From positions 54,609 through 74,608 of IMG/VR virus record IMGVR_UViG_3300027963_005227: a DNA stretch of 20,000 bases; one strand, written 5' to 3'. The notes under the pieces were generated by a model that had not been told where the DNA came from, searched no databases, and worked only from the letters and a program-made list of their open reading frames with translations. Positions 1 to 10,046 of this stretch are shown here, piece after piece. The stretch's first letter is position 1. Each line of letters opens with the position of its first letter. Origin of the DNA: an uncultured virus (IMG/VR IMGVR_UViG_3300027963_005227). Taxonomy: Duplodnaviria > Heunggongvirae > Uroviricota > Caudoviricetes. The translations under genes and the position numbers were made by a program.

Positions 1-389
1 AACAAGAGGATATTGACTCTGCTCATCAATTATTGAGCCATAGTGTTGAATCTATTAAAAATGCTTTTTCTCATAAATCGATTTTAGCTTGGGATTTTTT
101 TCTTTGGGCTAATTTTAATGGTTCTAAATTTGATGCTATCATTGCTTTTGTTAATGATAAAAATGTTAAATTTAATGAAAGTATTTTTAGCGAATATCTT
201 TGGCTTTCTAAAAATCCAAAAGTAGGATATAAATTATTTAGCACTGCAATAAAATTTGCCAAAGCAAATGATTTTAAATATATTTCTATGAATACTGTGG
301 TTAAGCATCCAAAACATGAAAAAATTAAATCTTTTTATACAAAACTAGGATTTTTAAAAGACTCTGAAACTTACATCTCTAAATTATGA
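1..389 (+). CDS. GNAT-family acetyltransferase-like protein (5' truncated by window edge)
   Basis: Frame is open back to the window start. C-terminal GNAT-like motifs VGYKLFSTAIKFAK...ISMN and KIKSFYTKLGF. Confidence 0.55.
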   Translation, partial: QEDIDSAHQLLSHSVESIKNAFSHKSILAWDFFLWANFNGSKFDAIIAFVNDKNVKFNESIFSEYLWLSKNPKVGYKLFSTAIKFAKANDFKYISMNTVVKHPKHEKIKSFYTKLGFLKDSETYISKL

Positions 390-556
390 ACGGCAATAAA
401 GCAAAAGAACTTCGATCCATCATTAATCCAATCGATCCTATTACTCGTAAAACTTATAGGCGAGCTAAGAAAAAGTATGCATCTCTATCTGCTGATGCTA
501 GACTTTTATTCTTAGAGGGTTTAAGAGAAACTTTTAGTCACAAAGCTACTCTATAG
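386..556 (+). CDS. small basic hypothetical protein, 56 aa (MNGNKAKELRSIINPIDPITRKTYRRAKKKYASL...), not in ORF track
   Basis: ATGA overlap with the upstream stop (translational coupling). Open for 56 codons to TAG at 554-556. Confidence 0.6.
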   Translation: MNGNKAKELRSIINPIDPITRKTYRRAKKKYASLSADARLLFLEGLRETFSHKATL

Positions 557-1716
557 AGTTTGTAAATTCCTGTTGGTGAAACTCCTGAAACATTCAGGAA
601 AACATAGTCTCCAGAATTTGTATAAGAGTATACTGGATAATTATTATCGCTAATAGCATATTCTGAGAATGAAACTCCAGATGATGCGCTTCCAGTAGAT
701 GTAATTACAAACTTTAATTCGGATGATGATACAGCCAAGTTAGAATCTATAATTTGAGTCGTATATTTTATTGTATTATAAAGATCTTTTTGAATAAAAT
801 CTAAAACTGTATCAGTATTAATATCTCCAGTAATAATTCCAGTAATAAAATCAATATTCATGGATGAGTCTCCATGTAATAATGAAATTTGATTTGTAGA
901 TAAAACAGTTTCTCCTGGATCATCTAGATCATCTTGACTTTCTCTAGTGGCAGTTAATGGTCCAACATATATTATTTCTCCAGGCCCAACTTCTGAATAA
1001 GGAATGATGGCAAAATAATATGGAGTATCATAATATATTCTACTAATTGGAACATCAATAATTGGATTGTATGAATTATTATTTAAATAATTTATTGCTG
1101 GTTGAGTATATAAATAATATGGATTATTATAAATTACATTAGTATCTAATGTGCTGTCTGATTTAATTCCAACATCATTTAGTGGACTAGTATGAACATA
1201 AACGTCAGTTCGATTAAATTTGGTATAGCGAGCATCATTTTGAAAAAAAAGATGAAATCTAATTTTATCATAAATTCCATATCCAGAAGCAAATGAACCG
1301 CTAGTTCCATCATAAGTTACAACTGAATTCGTGACTGGCAAATTTCCATAAAGATAAAATTCAGCTATAAATTTTTCCTCATTAATATTATTTTCAATAG
1401 TAGCTCTTATTCCAAAGTCTTTTTGATAAAATCCAAATAAATTAACGTTTTCTTGTGAAGATAATTGTACAAATCTAGTTTTTCCATTTCTATAATTTTT
1501 ATAAATTGTATCTCCTCCAGTTGTTAAAATATCAAAAGATACATCTTTAATTGATGCACTATTTGCTAATTCAGAATCTGTTAAAAAAACAGATCCTCCT
1601 GGATCTAAAATATCAAATAATAAAGAAACATCTTTATATAAATGCACTCCACTCCCAGTATAAAGGTCGGTAAGCGCTCCAGTATCTAAAACATATGTTG
1701 GATCAAATTCGAACAT
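538..1716 (-). CDS. putative tail-associated structural protein with FN3-like segment
   Basis: 392-aa ORF starting 1 nt after the gpJ stop. S/T/G/Y-rich, with an FN3-like C-terminal strand motif YYFAIIPYSEVGPG. Confidence 0.5.
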   Translation of the reverse strand: MFEFDPTYVLDTGALTDLYTGSGVHLYKDVSLLFDILDPGGSVFLTDSELANSASIKDVSFDILTTGGDTIYKNYRNGKTRFVQLSSQENVNLFGFYQKDFGIRATIENNINEEKFIAEFYLYGNLPVTNSVVTYDGTSGSFASGYGIYDKIRFHLFFQNDARYTKFNRTDVYVHTSPLNDVGIKSDSTLDTNVIYNNPYYLYTQPAINYLNNNSYNPIIDVPISRIYYDTPYYFAIIPYSEVGPGEIIYVGPLTATRESQDDLDDPGETVLSTNQISLLHGDSSMNIDFITGIITGDINTDTVLDFIQKDLYNTIKYTTQIIDSNLAVSSSELKFVITSTGSASSGVSFSEYAISDNNYPVYSYTNSGDYVFLNVSGVSPTGIYKLYRVAL

Positions 1717-1717
1717 T

Positions 1718-4700
1718 TTATAAAATAGTAAAGTTTTTAACTAATGGTCTATCAAAAAGTGTTATTCCTTGGTACATAACAAAAGTATCTTTTCTTGAAT
1801 AGTCAGAATCTAAATTTACATGCTTATCGCCTAAAGCTTTTACTTCTAAAGTCCAAGTTCCAAGATCAGTTAATCCTTGAAATTCATACTTACCTACATT
1901 ATTAGCTACGAAATAAGTTTGTGAGTATTGAACTGTCTTGTTATAAAGATTAACTTCAAATCCAGTCGCCTTGCTATTTTCATCCCAAACTCCTGATAAA
2001 GTAAATGAGTTTGAGCTTGACTTTCCAGTAACAAATTGTTGAATATATGGAGCTTCTAATTGATTAATTTCATAGTTATTAACTTTAATAGTTCCAGCAT
2101 AATAAGTATCTGGCAAATAGTCTTCAACTGTAAAATTTTCAATTAATTCGTATTTACCAGTATCATATTTTGATCCAACTATATTGTATTCATTTTGATT
2201 TTCTTCTCTAATTGAAAGTATTTTATAGATTTGATTTGCAGCGCCACTTCTTTCAATTCTATAAGGACTGCCAACTTTAACAAAACTCAATAAATTAATA
2301 TTTGGATCTCCAGTATTTAAGTATAAATTGCAACCATAATCTTGATTATCAAATCCTGTAATATTAAATGTTTTAATTTGTGGATAATTAATAGTAGAAA
2401 TTTCTTCATTTAAAATTCCTTTTTCAGATCCTCCAATAAAGTTTTTTATACCTGTATATAAATCTTTTGCAGATCCTCTTCTATTCGGAATACTAGTATC
2501 ATATAAAAATCCTGATAAACCATTAATACTCAGAATATTATCGATTCCAGTATTAAAAATAATTTTATCATAAAGATTATTATCTGAAAAAGCTTTTCCA
2601 GTAGAAAAAACCCAACCACTAACCCCAGTATTATAATAACAAAATAGATTTTGTTTATTAGTAAAATTATATCCAGTATATGAGCCAAAATAATTTTGAG
2701 ACGTACCTCCAGTATATCCATTAGTATATTTATCAAAACTATAGTTACCAGTTAAATTCTTTAAATCACTATCTAATAGAAGATTAGAATTAAAATCAAA
2801 ATTGTCCACTCTAGAGCGATTTGACTTGGCAAGATCTGATAATTCCTGACTAGTAGCATAACCAGTAGGAGTATAAACTGTTAATTTTCCAATGTATTTT
2901 TCGTCAGAGTATTTATTTTCAATGTATAAAGATTTTTGTTCTAAATTAACATCTAAAACTCTGCCATAATTTGTGTCTCTAGTTTTCATTTCATCATCTA
3001 CTATGATTAAATCTCCAGGGCGACATAGTAAACTTTCCAATCCAGCTTTAAATTCAACAGATTGATTTTCTTTAATGGTTTGATAAATTAGATGCTTCCC
3101 CATTCTGCGAGCCATCGCTCTAGAAGTTACTCCATTTGTGTTGATAGTAGTTTTTAATACTCCTCTTTTTCTTATGCTAGCTTCATCTTCTACAAATTCT
3201 ATTTTAGTTTTGAAATTATCAAATCTATCTAGATAAACCACTTCAACTGTATTAAACTGCTGATCTCTTCTATTGTTTGTATAGCTAAAAAATCCATCTT
3301 TAACATTAGAGTTTGAAAATGTAGCAATTGGAGTTCTTGGTCTATCATCTAAAAAATGAACTTCAGAATTAGAAAAGAAAGTTGATCCTCTGAATAAATT
3401 TGAAACAATATTAATTGCATCAAAAACTTTAATATTATCTTTGAACATGATGTTGCAAGAATATCGAGGCTCTAATCCACCAATACCATCAGAAACTCCT
3501 ATAAAATATCCATCATCATTAACGCTATCACAAAATCTTCCAATTTTATAGAGTTCCCATATATTAATTTGAGACTCATCAATGTATCCACCTAGTCCAT
3601 ATCTCTGACTAGTTAAAAGATCGTAAAGAATCCATGCTGGATTATCAGTCCAACCATCTTTAAATGTGCCATCCCAGTCTCCTACATAAATTTTTTGAGG
3701 TATTTTATAATCGCTAGCTTTTGAGATGTACCTTCTATCGCTGCCATTAGAATCAGCTAATGGATAATAATTTGAAGGAATTTTAACTACTTTTAAACGG
3801 CAATCATAAGATCTATCTGGAATAGATCCAAAAGATCTTGAGTCTAATTTTATTCCATTAATTGCAGAAAATGGATAAGATAGATTAGAATCAATAATTT
3901 CAGTGACTTTAATTAAAGAACAATCCTTGCTAATTAAAACAGAATTTGTTTCTACTGAAACTTTAGTTATTTTAATAAATCTTTTTACTCCAGAAATATT
4001 ATCTTTTTCAGTGATTGGTGGTAATTGAAATGGTATTCTTTGTGCACCAGGTCTACGAATAAAATCGCTACCAGGTGCTCCTTGAAAAATATAATCATAT
4101 CTGCTACTACCATTATATACAAGTTCGGGCCACCCAAAATCAACTAACGTCATGCTCTCAATCTGAGCAACTATTGAGAATTTTACATCGCCAGATGGAT
4201 CTTGAATTCCATCGCGGGTGACTCCCCAAGTTACATTAATGACTAATATTGCTGGAATTGAATCTCCAGCTTGTAATTTACTGCTAGCTGCTTTAGCTGG
4301 ATCTCCTGGAGTTATATTAACAGTATCTTTTAAACTAGAAATACCCAATGTAAAATATACGCTAGTTACATTTGGATTTTCAATAGTATGAACTATTGGA
4401 ACGTCACTGTCATCAAAGTTACTCTCTTTATCCCAATTTGAATAATTTTTTGTGTTATATGTTGGATCCGATAGTTTTATTTTTCCGTTTACAATTTTTA
4501 CAACTTTGACTTCTCCGTATTTATTATATGCGAGTTTTCCTCTGCTACTTACTGTAGTATTTCGAGTATCAGAACTTCCTTCTCTATTTCCTCTTTCTGA
4601 ATTTAATTTAGCAGGTCCACCATTTCTGGCTGGATCATTCTTTCTCATAACGGTATATTCATCCCAACCATCTTTGATTCTAATATCTTGCTTCACACGT

Positions 4701-6451
4701 TGTATCTCACCACCTCTTCTATATGCTCCATATAAGGGGGCATTATATTCAAAATCAACATGAATATTATTAAAATACTTTAATGGATCTTGAAATTCCT
4801 TTCCATTTTTAAATTCGCATAAAACATTAGAAAAATTAAATTTATCACTATTAGCTCGATAAGTAGATCGCTGCTTTCTAATAAACAAAAGCTCAAAATT
4901 TTTATTTTTTAATTGGTCAATGAAGTCTGGAAAAAACCAACGTGCAGTTCTCCAACTTCTATATTTTGCGTCTGCACCAGTGCCCCATTTAGCCGTTTTT
5001 CCAGTACTACCATCAAGGTTATAATTATCTCCAGTACTATTTTGCAAAGTTAAAGGAATTTCTAAAATGATACATCCAAAAAATAATCCAGTCATTTTAT
5101 CTAGATTACCTTTATAAGCAATATTATCATTTAAATATGGAGTAACTAAACTATGAATAGTAATACCATCTGGTAAATTAGGAATAAAAACTGAAAATTC
5201 ATCTATGTTTTCTGAGTTTGGAATATAAATTGAGCTATCTGAATTTATACCTTTAGCTCCCCCTGCATAATCAGCAGAATCAGACCAATTATTATCACCT
5301 AATTTAATAATAATAAAACATTTATTGCTTGGTCTAGTGCTTCTGATAGGACTTGATAATGGTGCAAATTTAGCTGCAATCGTTGTATCTTCTGAATTAC
5401 TAGCATTATTTTCATCAAATTTTTGAACTAGAGCATCATCTGTTCCTAAATCATATTCAGTTAAAAACTTATTAATAATATTTTTTTGATTTCCAGCATA
5501 AGTTGATATAGGACGGGATGAATTGATAGTAGAATCGGTAATTTTATTTAACTTTGTCAAATAATCTGATAAAATTGATCCATTGCTATTTAACGATCCT
5601 CGGCTATAATGAACTTCAATAGTTGATTTTCCTATTTTTTGATTTTTTTCTATAGTGTTAGTTTGATTTGAATACCATGGAACACTATCATCAAGTGTAG
5701 CTGTGGAATCTTTTAATTTTAAATACAAACGATTACTTGCAACAGCAACATCTTTATTGTAATAAGTTGCAAAACTATCAGAATCTATCGATGCAAGATC
5801 ATTGCTAATAATTTTTGCATGATCATAGTAAGGGGGCACGCTAAGACCTCCAAAAAAATTAGAAAAAACTGGTTGCCAAGGGTTATAGTCAGCGTTATTA
5901 GTATCATTAGATACTGCATCAGTAAAAAGTAATGTGGTCTTTTCTGACTTTTTTCCTTTATTTTCTAACCATGGAAAAGAAATAGCAGCGAAGCGTCTTT
6001 GTTCACTATATGCTGCTGCTGATTCATAATTAAAAAAACAATTTTTGAGCTTATCACTCAATAAACTTGTTTTATACACATCCTCTCCATCTATTCTCTC
6101 TGAGAAATTTTTTAAACGAGCATTAAAATCTGTAGAATCTATTTTATAAATATATGAAGTTTCTGCATTAGTATTAGCGCCTGGAGTCGGAACAGTGGAA
6201 ACTGCTATTGGAGTGTTATTCAAATAAACAGCTTGAAATATATCAGTACTATTAACCTCTTCTCCATTTTGATTTACCAAGCTATGAATAGGACCATCAG
6301 AAATTAAATCAATAATTTCAACTATACTATATGAACTACCAACTGAAAACTTTCCAATATCAGGAGGACGTAAAACTGTTGGTTTTGGTTTTGGTTTTTC
6401 TCGTTTGCCTCCTGCTCCAGCAAAAATTCTCTTTTTAATAAAATGTTTCAT
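1718..6451 (-). CDS. gpJ: tail tip / host-specificity protein, lambda gpJ-like (central tail fibre)
   Basis: Conserved gpJ motifs: IIDLISDGPI...VYLNNTP, YPFSAINGIKLDSRSFGSIPDRSY, WDGTFKDGWTDNPAWILYDLLTSQRYGLG, EPRYSCN, RPGDLI, and a C-terminal FN3. L-K-I-J gene order. Confidence 0.92.
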   Translation of the reverse strand: MKHFIKKRIFAGAGGKREKPKPKPTVLRPPDIGKFSVGSSYSIVEIIDLISDGPIHSLVNQNGEEVNSTDIFQAVYLNNTPIAVSTVPTPGANTNAETSYIYKIDSTDFNARLKNFSERIDGEDVYKTSLLSDKLKNCFFNYESAAAYSEQRRFAAISFPWLENKGKKSEKTTLLFTDAVSNDTNNADYNPWQPVFSNFFGGLSVPPYYDHAKIISNDLASIDSDSFATYYNKDVAVASNRLYLKLKDSTATLDDSVPWYSNQTNTIEKNQKIGKSTIEVHYSRGSLNSNGSILSDYLTKLNKITDSTINSSRPISTYAGNQKNIINKFLTEYDLGTDDALVQKFDENNASNSEDTTIAAKFAPLSSPIRSTRPSNKCFIIIKLGDNNWSDSADYAGGAKGINSDSSIYIPNSENIDEFSVFIPNLPDGITIHSLVTPYLNDNIAYKGNLDKMTGLFFGCIILEIPLTLQNSTGDNYNLDGSTGKTAKWGTGADAKYRSWRTARWFFPDFIDQLKNKNFELLFIRKQRSTYRANSDKFNFSNVLCEFKNGKEFQDPLKYFNNIHVDFEYNAPLYGAYRRGGEIQRVKQDIRIKDGWDEYTVMRKNDPARNGGPAKLNSERGNREGSSDTRNTTVSSRGKLAYNKYGEVKVVKIVNGKIKLSDPTYNTKNYSNWDKESNFDDSDVPIVHTIENPNVTSVYFTLGISSLKDTVNITPGDPAKAASSKLQAGDSIPAILVINVTWGVTRDGIQDPSGDVKFSIVAQIESMTLVDFGWPELVYNGSSRYDYIFQGAPGSDFIRRPGAQRIPFQLPPITEKDNISGVKRFIKITKVSVETNSVLISKDCSLIKVTEIIDSNLSYPFSAINGIKLDSRSFGSIPDRSYDCRLKVVKIPSNYYPLADSNGSDRRYISKASDYKIPQKIYVGDWDGTFKDGWTDNPAWILYDLLTSQRYGLGGYIDESQINIWELYKIGRFCDSVNDDGYFIGVSDGIGGLEPRYSCNIMFKDNIKVFDAINIVSNLFRGSTFFSNSEVHFLDDRPRTPIATFSNSNVKDGFFSYTNNRRDQQFNTVEVVYLDRFDNFKTKIEFVEDEASIRKRGVLKTTINTNGVTSRAMARRMGKHLIYQTIKENQSVEFKAGLESLLCRPGDLIIVDDEMKTRDTNYGRVLDVNLEQKSLYIENKYSDEKYIGKLTVYTPTGYATSQELSDLAKSNRSRVDNFDFNSNLLLDSDLKNLTGNYSFDKYTNGYTGGTSQNYFGSYTGYNFTNKQNLFCYYNTGVSGWVFSTGKAFSDNNLYDKIIFNTGIDNILSINGLSGFLYDTSIPNRRGSAKDLYTGIKNFIGGSEKGILNEEISTINYPQIKTFNITGFDNQDYGCNLYLNTGDPNINLLSFVKVGSPYRIERSGAANQIYKILSIREENQNEYNIVGSKYDTGKYELIENFTVEDYLPDTYYAGTIKVNNYEINQLEAPYIQQFVTGKSSSNSFTLSGVWDENSKATGFEVNLYNKTVQYSQTYFVANNVGKYEFQGLTDLGTWTLEVKALGDKHVNLDSDYSRKDTFVMYQGITLFDRPLVKNFTIL

Positions 6452-6455
6452 ATTA

Positions 6456-7112
6456 TTATCTAACTAATATTGAAGAATTAGTAGGGCGGTCTGAATCTCT
6501 ACGAGTTAAGTCATTCAAAACACTATCTTTATTAGGATGAGATTTGATAGATGCTGAAATGACATTAGATCCAATTCTTAATCTGCCATATCCAACAGGA
6601 ACTGGAGATCCCTGATCTGCCACATTAGCTTTGCTGCTAAAAATAAAAGATTCTTTAACTCCTCCAACTTCAATGCTTGGAGCTTTTCCAGCTTTTTCTG
6701 CATTTGGAGCTAGCATCATTTGAATTCCTATGCTTAATGCCATGGCTCCAAGTGCTCCTAGTAGACCAGCACCAAATGCTCCTATAGTTCCTATCACTGC
6801 TGCTGTTGTAGAGGCATATAATGCAATAGCTCCAACAACAGCAACTACCACTCCAGATCCACAAATCATTGGAACGATGTCAATAACTCTTGGAGCTTTT
6901 TTAATTTCTAATTCTAAATGTTCTTTTACATCTTTTCCATCAACAATAATTGCATAATGAAGTCCCTCTTTTGATAAATCCATCACTCTTTTAATAAAAT
7001 TAGAGCGATTCATATTGATAGCCATTATAGCATCTTTTGGTTTTCTAATTTTTAATAAAAAAACTTCGCCAAACTCTTTAGCTAAAATTCCATGCAAATT
7101 GATAGTAGTCAT
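6456..7112 (-). CDS. gpI: tail assembly protein, lambda gpI-like (N-terminal ubiquitin-like domain)
   Basis: MTTINLHGILAKEFG start, IDIVPMICGSG at the end of the beta-grasp domain, Gly/Ala-rich hydrophobic segment, SFIFS...QGSPVPVGYGRLRIGSNVIS. Confidence 0.9.
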   Translation of the reverse strand: MTTINLHGILAKEFGEVFLLKIRKPKDAIMAINMNRSNFIKRVMDLSKEGLHYAIIVDGKDVKEHLELEIKKAPRVIDIVPMICGSGVVVAVVGAIALYASTTAAVIGTIGAFGAGLLGALGAMALSIGIQMMLAPNAEKAGKAPSIEVGGVKESFIFSSKANVADQGSPVPVGYGRLRIGSNVISASIKSHPNKDSVLNDLTRRDSDRPTNSSILVR

Positions 7113-7519
7113 TTTATTTGTTCCTTAAACCCTGTAACTAGTTTTACATCATATTGTTGATTTTGTGGCTCATAAAAATAAAACTTTTTCGAATTGATTG
7201 AAAAAATCATAAATGGCACACAACAATTTTCTGACATTTTGATGTCAAATTCAGATGGATTCTCATCTCCTACAACATGACTATGAAAAATTGCAATTAA
7301 ATCGTAAGAGTGTTTGAAATTTAAATATTTTGCTGGACTAATTGAAAAAAAGTTTTGAGGATCCAAAGAGATATTTTGCTCAATTTGAGCTACATATTTT
7401 TTTAAATATGATGAATATCCAATAAATCCACAAATTTCCATTGATTTATTTTTATAAGACTCATTGCTTATAAAATTTGTAATTTCTAAAACTGTAGAGC
7501 TTATAATTTTATCTTGCAT
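7109..7519 (-). CDS. gpK: tail assembly protein K-like, JAB/MPN metallopeptidase domain only (likely start MQDKII at 7519)
   Basis: EICGFI plus HSH-x7-S-xx-D JAB motif (IFHSHVVGDENPSEFD). Lies between L and I. ATG at 7519 overlaps the end of gpL. Confidence 0.85.
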   Translation of the reverse strand: MQDKIISSTVLEITNFISNESYKNKSMEICGFIGYSSYLKKYVAQIEQNISLDPQNFFSISPAKYLNFKHSYDLIAIFHSHVVGDENPSEFDIKMSENCCVPFMIFSINSKKFYFYEPQNQQYDVKLVTGFKEQIK

Positions 7520-10007
7520 AACGATCTGTTGCTGGAAATCCACCAAATGGCAAGCCAATTACTGGATTTCCAATTTCTTTATAGTTATATACTGGAACCT
7601 CTGAAGGTATTTCTATTTCTAAACCAGTATAATACAATCCAGTTAAAATTAAAATATGCCTGCTATATTCTGTTATAGTGCTGGCGTTAGTATACGTGTT
7701 ATTCTGACTGCTATTATATACTATATAATCATCAGGGTTAGGATCTCCATCTTCTTTTCGTAAACTTTTATCTATAAAAGGTGGCTCTGTACTTATATTC
7801 CACCAAGGTGTAATTATATCCATGTCCCACCAAGCGTAAAGATTTTTTATCGCAGGAGAATATTTATTTACTTGAGAATAACTTTTTGGAAAAGCGGTAG
7901 TAGGATCATCTGTAATAATTCTGTTAGAAGTAAACTCAGACCGTCGAGGATCATCTTCAGTTGATTCTGAAGTCCAAATAGCAGTTGATCCTATATACAT
8001 GGGAGAAGTGTAAGTTATTCCCCTTTCATACTGCTGCCATTGATTAATTCCAAAATATAAATTGCCAATTCCATTTTGCCTTATCGGATCTTTGAATAAA
8101 AATGACTCTCCAGAATAACCAGAAAGAACCTCTGCTACATCTGTATAATATTGAGCAATAATATTTCCAAGACTATCGTAGATTCTTATTCTTGAATCTA
8201 ATGTTCCATAAGGAGGAGTAGTACTATAAATGTAACCTGGGGGATGATTTTGATAGCTTTCTAAAAATAAACAAAATCTTTTTTTATCAAAAATATCTTG
8301 ATAATCTCCATCAATTGACTTCTCGGCAATTTTAACAGGTCCAGGTATGAGAACTCCGCCTTCACCAGTTAAGAATTTGCCATCTGATCCAGTCTCATCT
8401 TGTATATAAGTTGTTGCAAAATCGCAAAAAACTCGTTCTCCAGATAAATATAAATTAATGCCACTATATCGATTATCATCTTTAATATTATGAAAAAGAT
8501 TAAATGGAATTGTTGGGTCAACTCCACTTGGAAAAATTCCCCACATTCCAATTAAAAATCCTTGTTTTTGATGAACTTTATCTGGACTATTAAAAGTAGT
8601 ATTATATAGTCCATAGCTGATATTATTACTAATCAAATCTACTTCTGTTAATCCTACACTTCCAGTGCAACCGCTAGCAGCTATTTTAACTCCTGTTACG
8701 CCCGTGTATGAAAGATTTGTTATAGATGACATGGAACCGCCGCTCGCAACAAAGAATCCTGTATAATTAGTAGGAATTCCAGAAATGGTAATATTAGCAA
8801 AATTAAAATTATCAGTCAAACCTGTTAAATCATACAAATTGATTCTATTAATTTCTCCTGTTGGAAGATTATTAAAATAAATAATTCCACTCTCTCCACC
8901 AGTTCCAGCAACCCAAGTTGAATCAAAATCATCATCTCCAACATAAGTTGCGCGTTGCAGATTGCCAAGAGTTCCCAACTCCTCATCTCCCGTTTGAAAA
9001 TACTCACTAGATGCTGTAATGCCTGTGAAATGATAAGCAATATTATTAGTTGGATTTAATGTTTTAGATGAAAAATCAATGTATTTAGTATAAAACGAAA
9101 CGTCTCCACTCTTTTCTAGAGTGTATGATTTTTGATTAAATCTTAGTTTACAAGCACTTAATTTTTTTGAGCATCCATCTTTTATCCAGTATTGTGAATT
9201 GTCGTCTGGTCTTGTTGCATCGCTAGACTGATGAAATTTTTGACAAACAAATTTAATTTTAACAGGTTCTGTATATTTGCTGCCATCATCTCTAACTTTA
9301 CTAATATAAATTTTTGGATTTTCCAAGTAAACGCCAACTCCACTTTCATAAGATCTGGTTGGATTCCACACCTGCATTGGACTTTCGGTAGTTTCTTGAT
9401 ATTTTATAGTAGTTCCATCTTCAGTTTCAACTGGTGGACCATCATAGTTACATCCTTTTCCTCTATATACCCATGAGCAATAACGAGATAAAATTAAACG
9501 ATTATTAAGTTCAAAATTATCCAAATCTAATGGTGAAGTTAGTTCAAACTCTACAAAGTTTTTATTTTCAGTAGTTTTTTGACTAATAATATAAGACTCG
9601 TTGCTAATTTGAGCCGAAGCATCAGCTTCTCCCCAAGGATTTCCACCATCAAAATTAACATCATCAAGATATTTAACAAAAGTTCTTTTTCTAACAACTT
9701 TTGAATATTGAAAATCGCTATTGCGAATCAATAAGTCAGTCATGAAATAGTCTTTATTAGAAATTCTAATTTTTGGTCTGGGCATTTGACCATTAGCATT
9801 AATTTCAAAACCTTCAGTTTCCACTGGAACTGGCAAATATGGCACTCCTTGCCAAACTATTTTTTTGTTAAAATTTGATCCTCCATGAAATGCAATAAAA
9901 GAGTCAGCTTTATCAATTGTATTGAAATATAGCAAAAAAAACTCTACAATAGCAGTGGGTTGCAAATCCATCAAACTACTCGCTATTTTATCTTGACCTT
10001 TTCCCAT
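7509..10007 (-). CDS. gpL: minor tail protein, lambda gpL-like, enlarged to 832 aa by inserted domains
   Basis: WQGVPYLPVPVETEGFE...PRPKIRISN, VVRKRTFVKYLD, VEFELTSPLDL, four Cys (CSWVYRGKGC...GCSKKLSACKLRF) matching the Fe-S ligands of gpL, and C-terminal LPFGGFP. Confidence 0.9.
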   Translation of the reverse strand: MGKGQDKIASSLMDLQPTAIVEFFLLYFNTIDKADSFIAFHGGSNFNKKIVWQGVPYLPVPVETEGFEINANGQMPRPKIRISNKDYFMTDLLIRNSDFQYSKVVRKRTFVKYLDDVNFDGGNPWGEADASAQISNESYIISQKTTENKNFVEFELTSPLDLDNFELNNRLILSRYCSWVYRGKGCNYDGPPVETEDGTTIKYQETTESPMQVWNPTRSYESGVGVYLENPKIYISKVRDDGSKYTEPVKIKFVCQKFHQSSDATRPDDNSQYWIKDGCSKKLSACKLRFNQKSYTLEKSGDVSFYTKYIDFSSKTLNPTNNIAYHFTGITASSEYFQTGDEELGTLGNLQRATYVGDDDFDSTWVAGTGGESGIIYFNNLPTGEINRINLYDLTGLTDNFNFANITISGIPTNYTGFFVASGGSMSSITNLSYTGVTGVKIAASGCTGSVGLTEVDLISNNISYGLYNTTFNSPDKVHQKQGFLIGMWGIFPSGVDPTIPFNLFHNIKDDNRYSGINLYLSGERVFCDFATTYIQDETGSDGKFLTGEGGVLIPGPVKIAEKSIDGDYQDIFDKKRFCLFLESYQNHPPGYIYSTTPPYGTLDSRIRIYDSLGNIIAQYYTDVAEVLSGYSGESFLFKDPIRQNGIGNLYFGINQWQQYERGITYTSPMYIGSTAIWTSESTEDDPRRSEFTSNRIITDDPTTAFPKSYSQVNKYSPAIKNLYAWWDMDIITPWWNISTEPPFIDKSLRKEDGDPNPDDYIVYNSSQNNTYTNASTITEYSRHILILTGLYYTGLEIEIPSEVPVYNYKEIGNPVIGLPFGGFPATDRYAR

Positions 10008-10028
10008 ATTATAATTTACACTATGTAA
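10008..10028. promoter_or_regulatory. putative divergent promoter: GTGTAA-N8-ATG on the minus strand, part of palindrome TTACA-cta-TGTAA
   Basis: 39-bp gap between divergent genes. GTGTAA at 10016-10021 (-) sits 8 nt before the gpL ATG, the same spacing as at 17857-17862. Confidence 0.45.
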
Positions 10029-10046
10029 CTATGATACTCATAAATT

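Noticed and set aside
538..10007. Diversity-generating retroelement or invertible tail-fibre cassette
   Set aside because: No reverse transcriptase, invertase or template/variable repeat pair is visible in this window.
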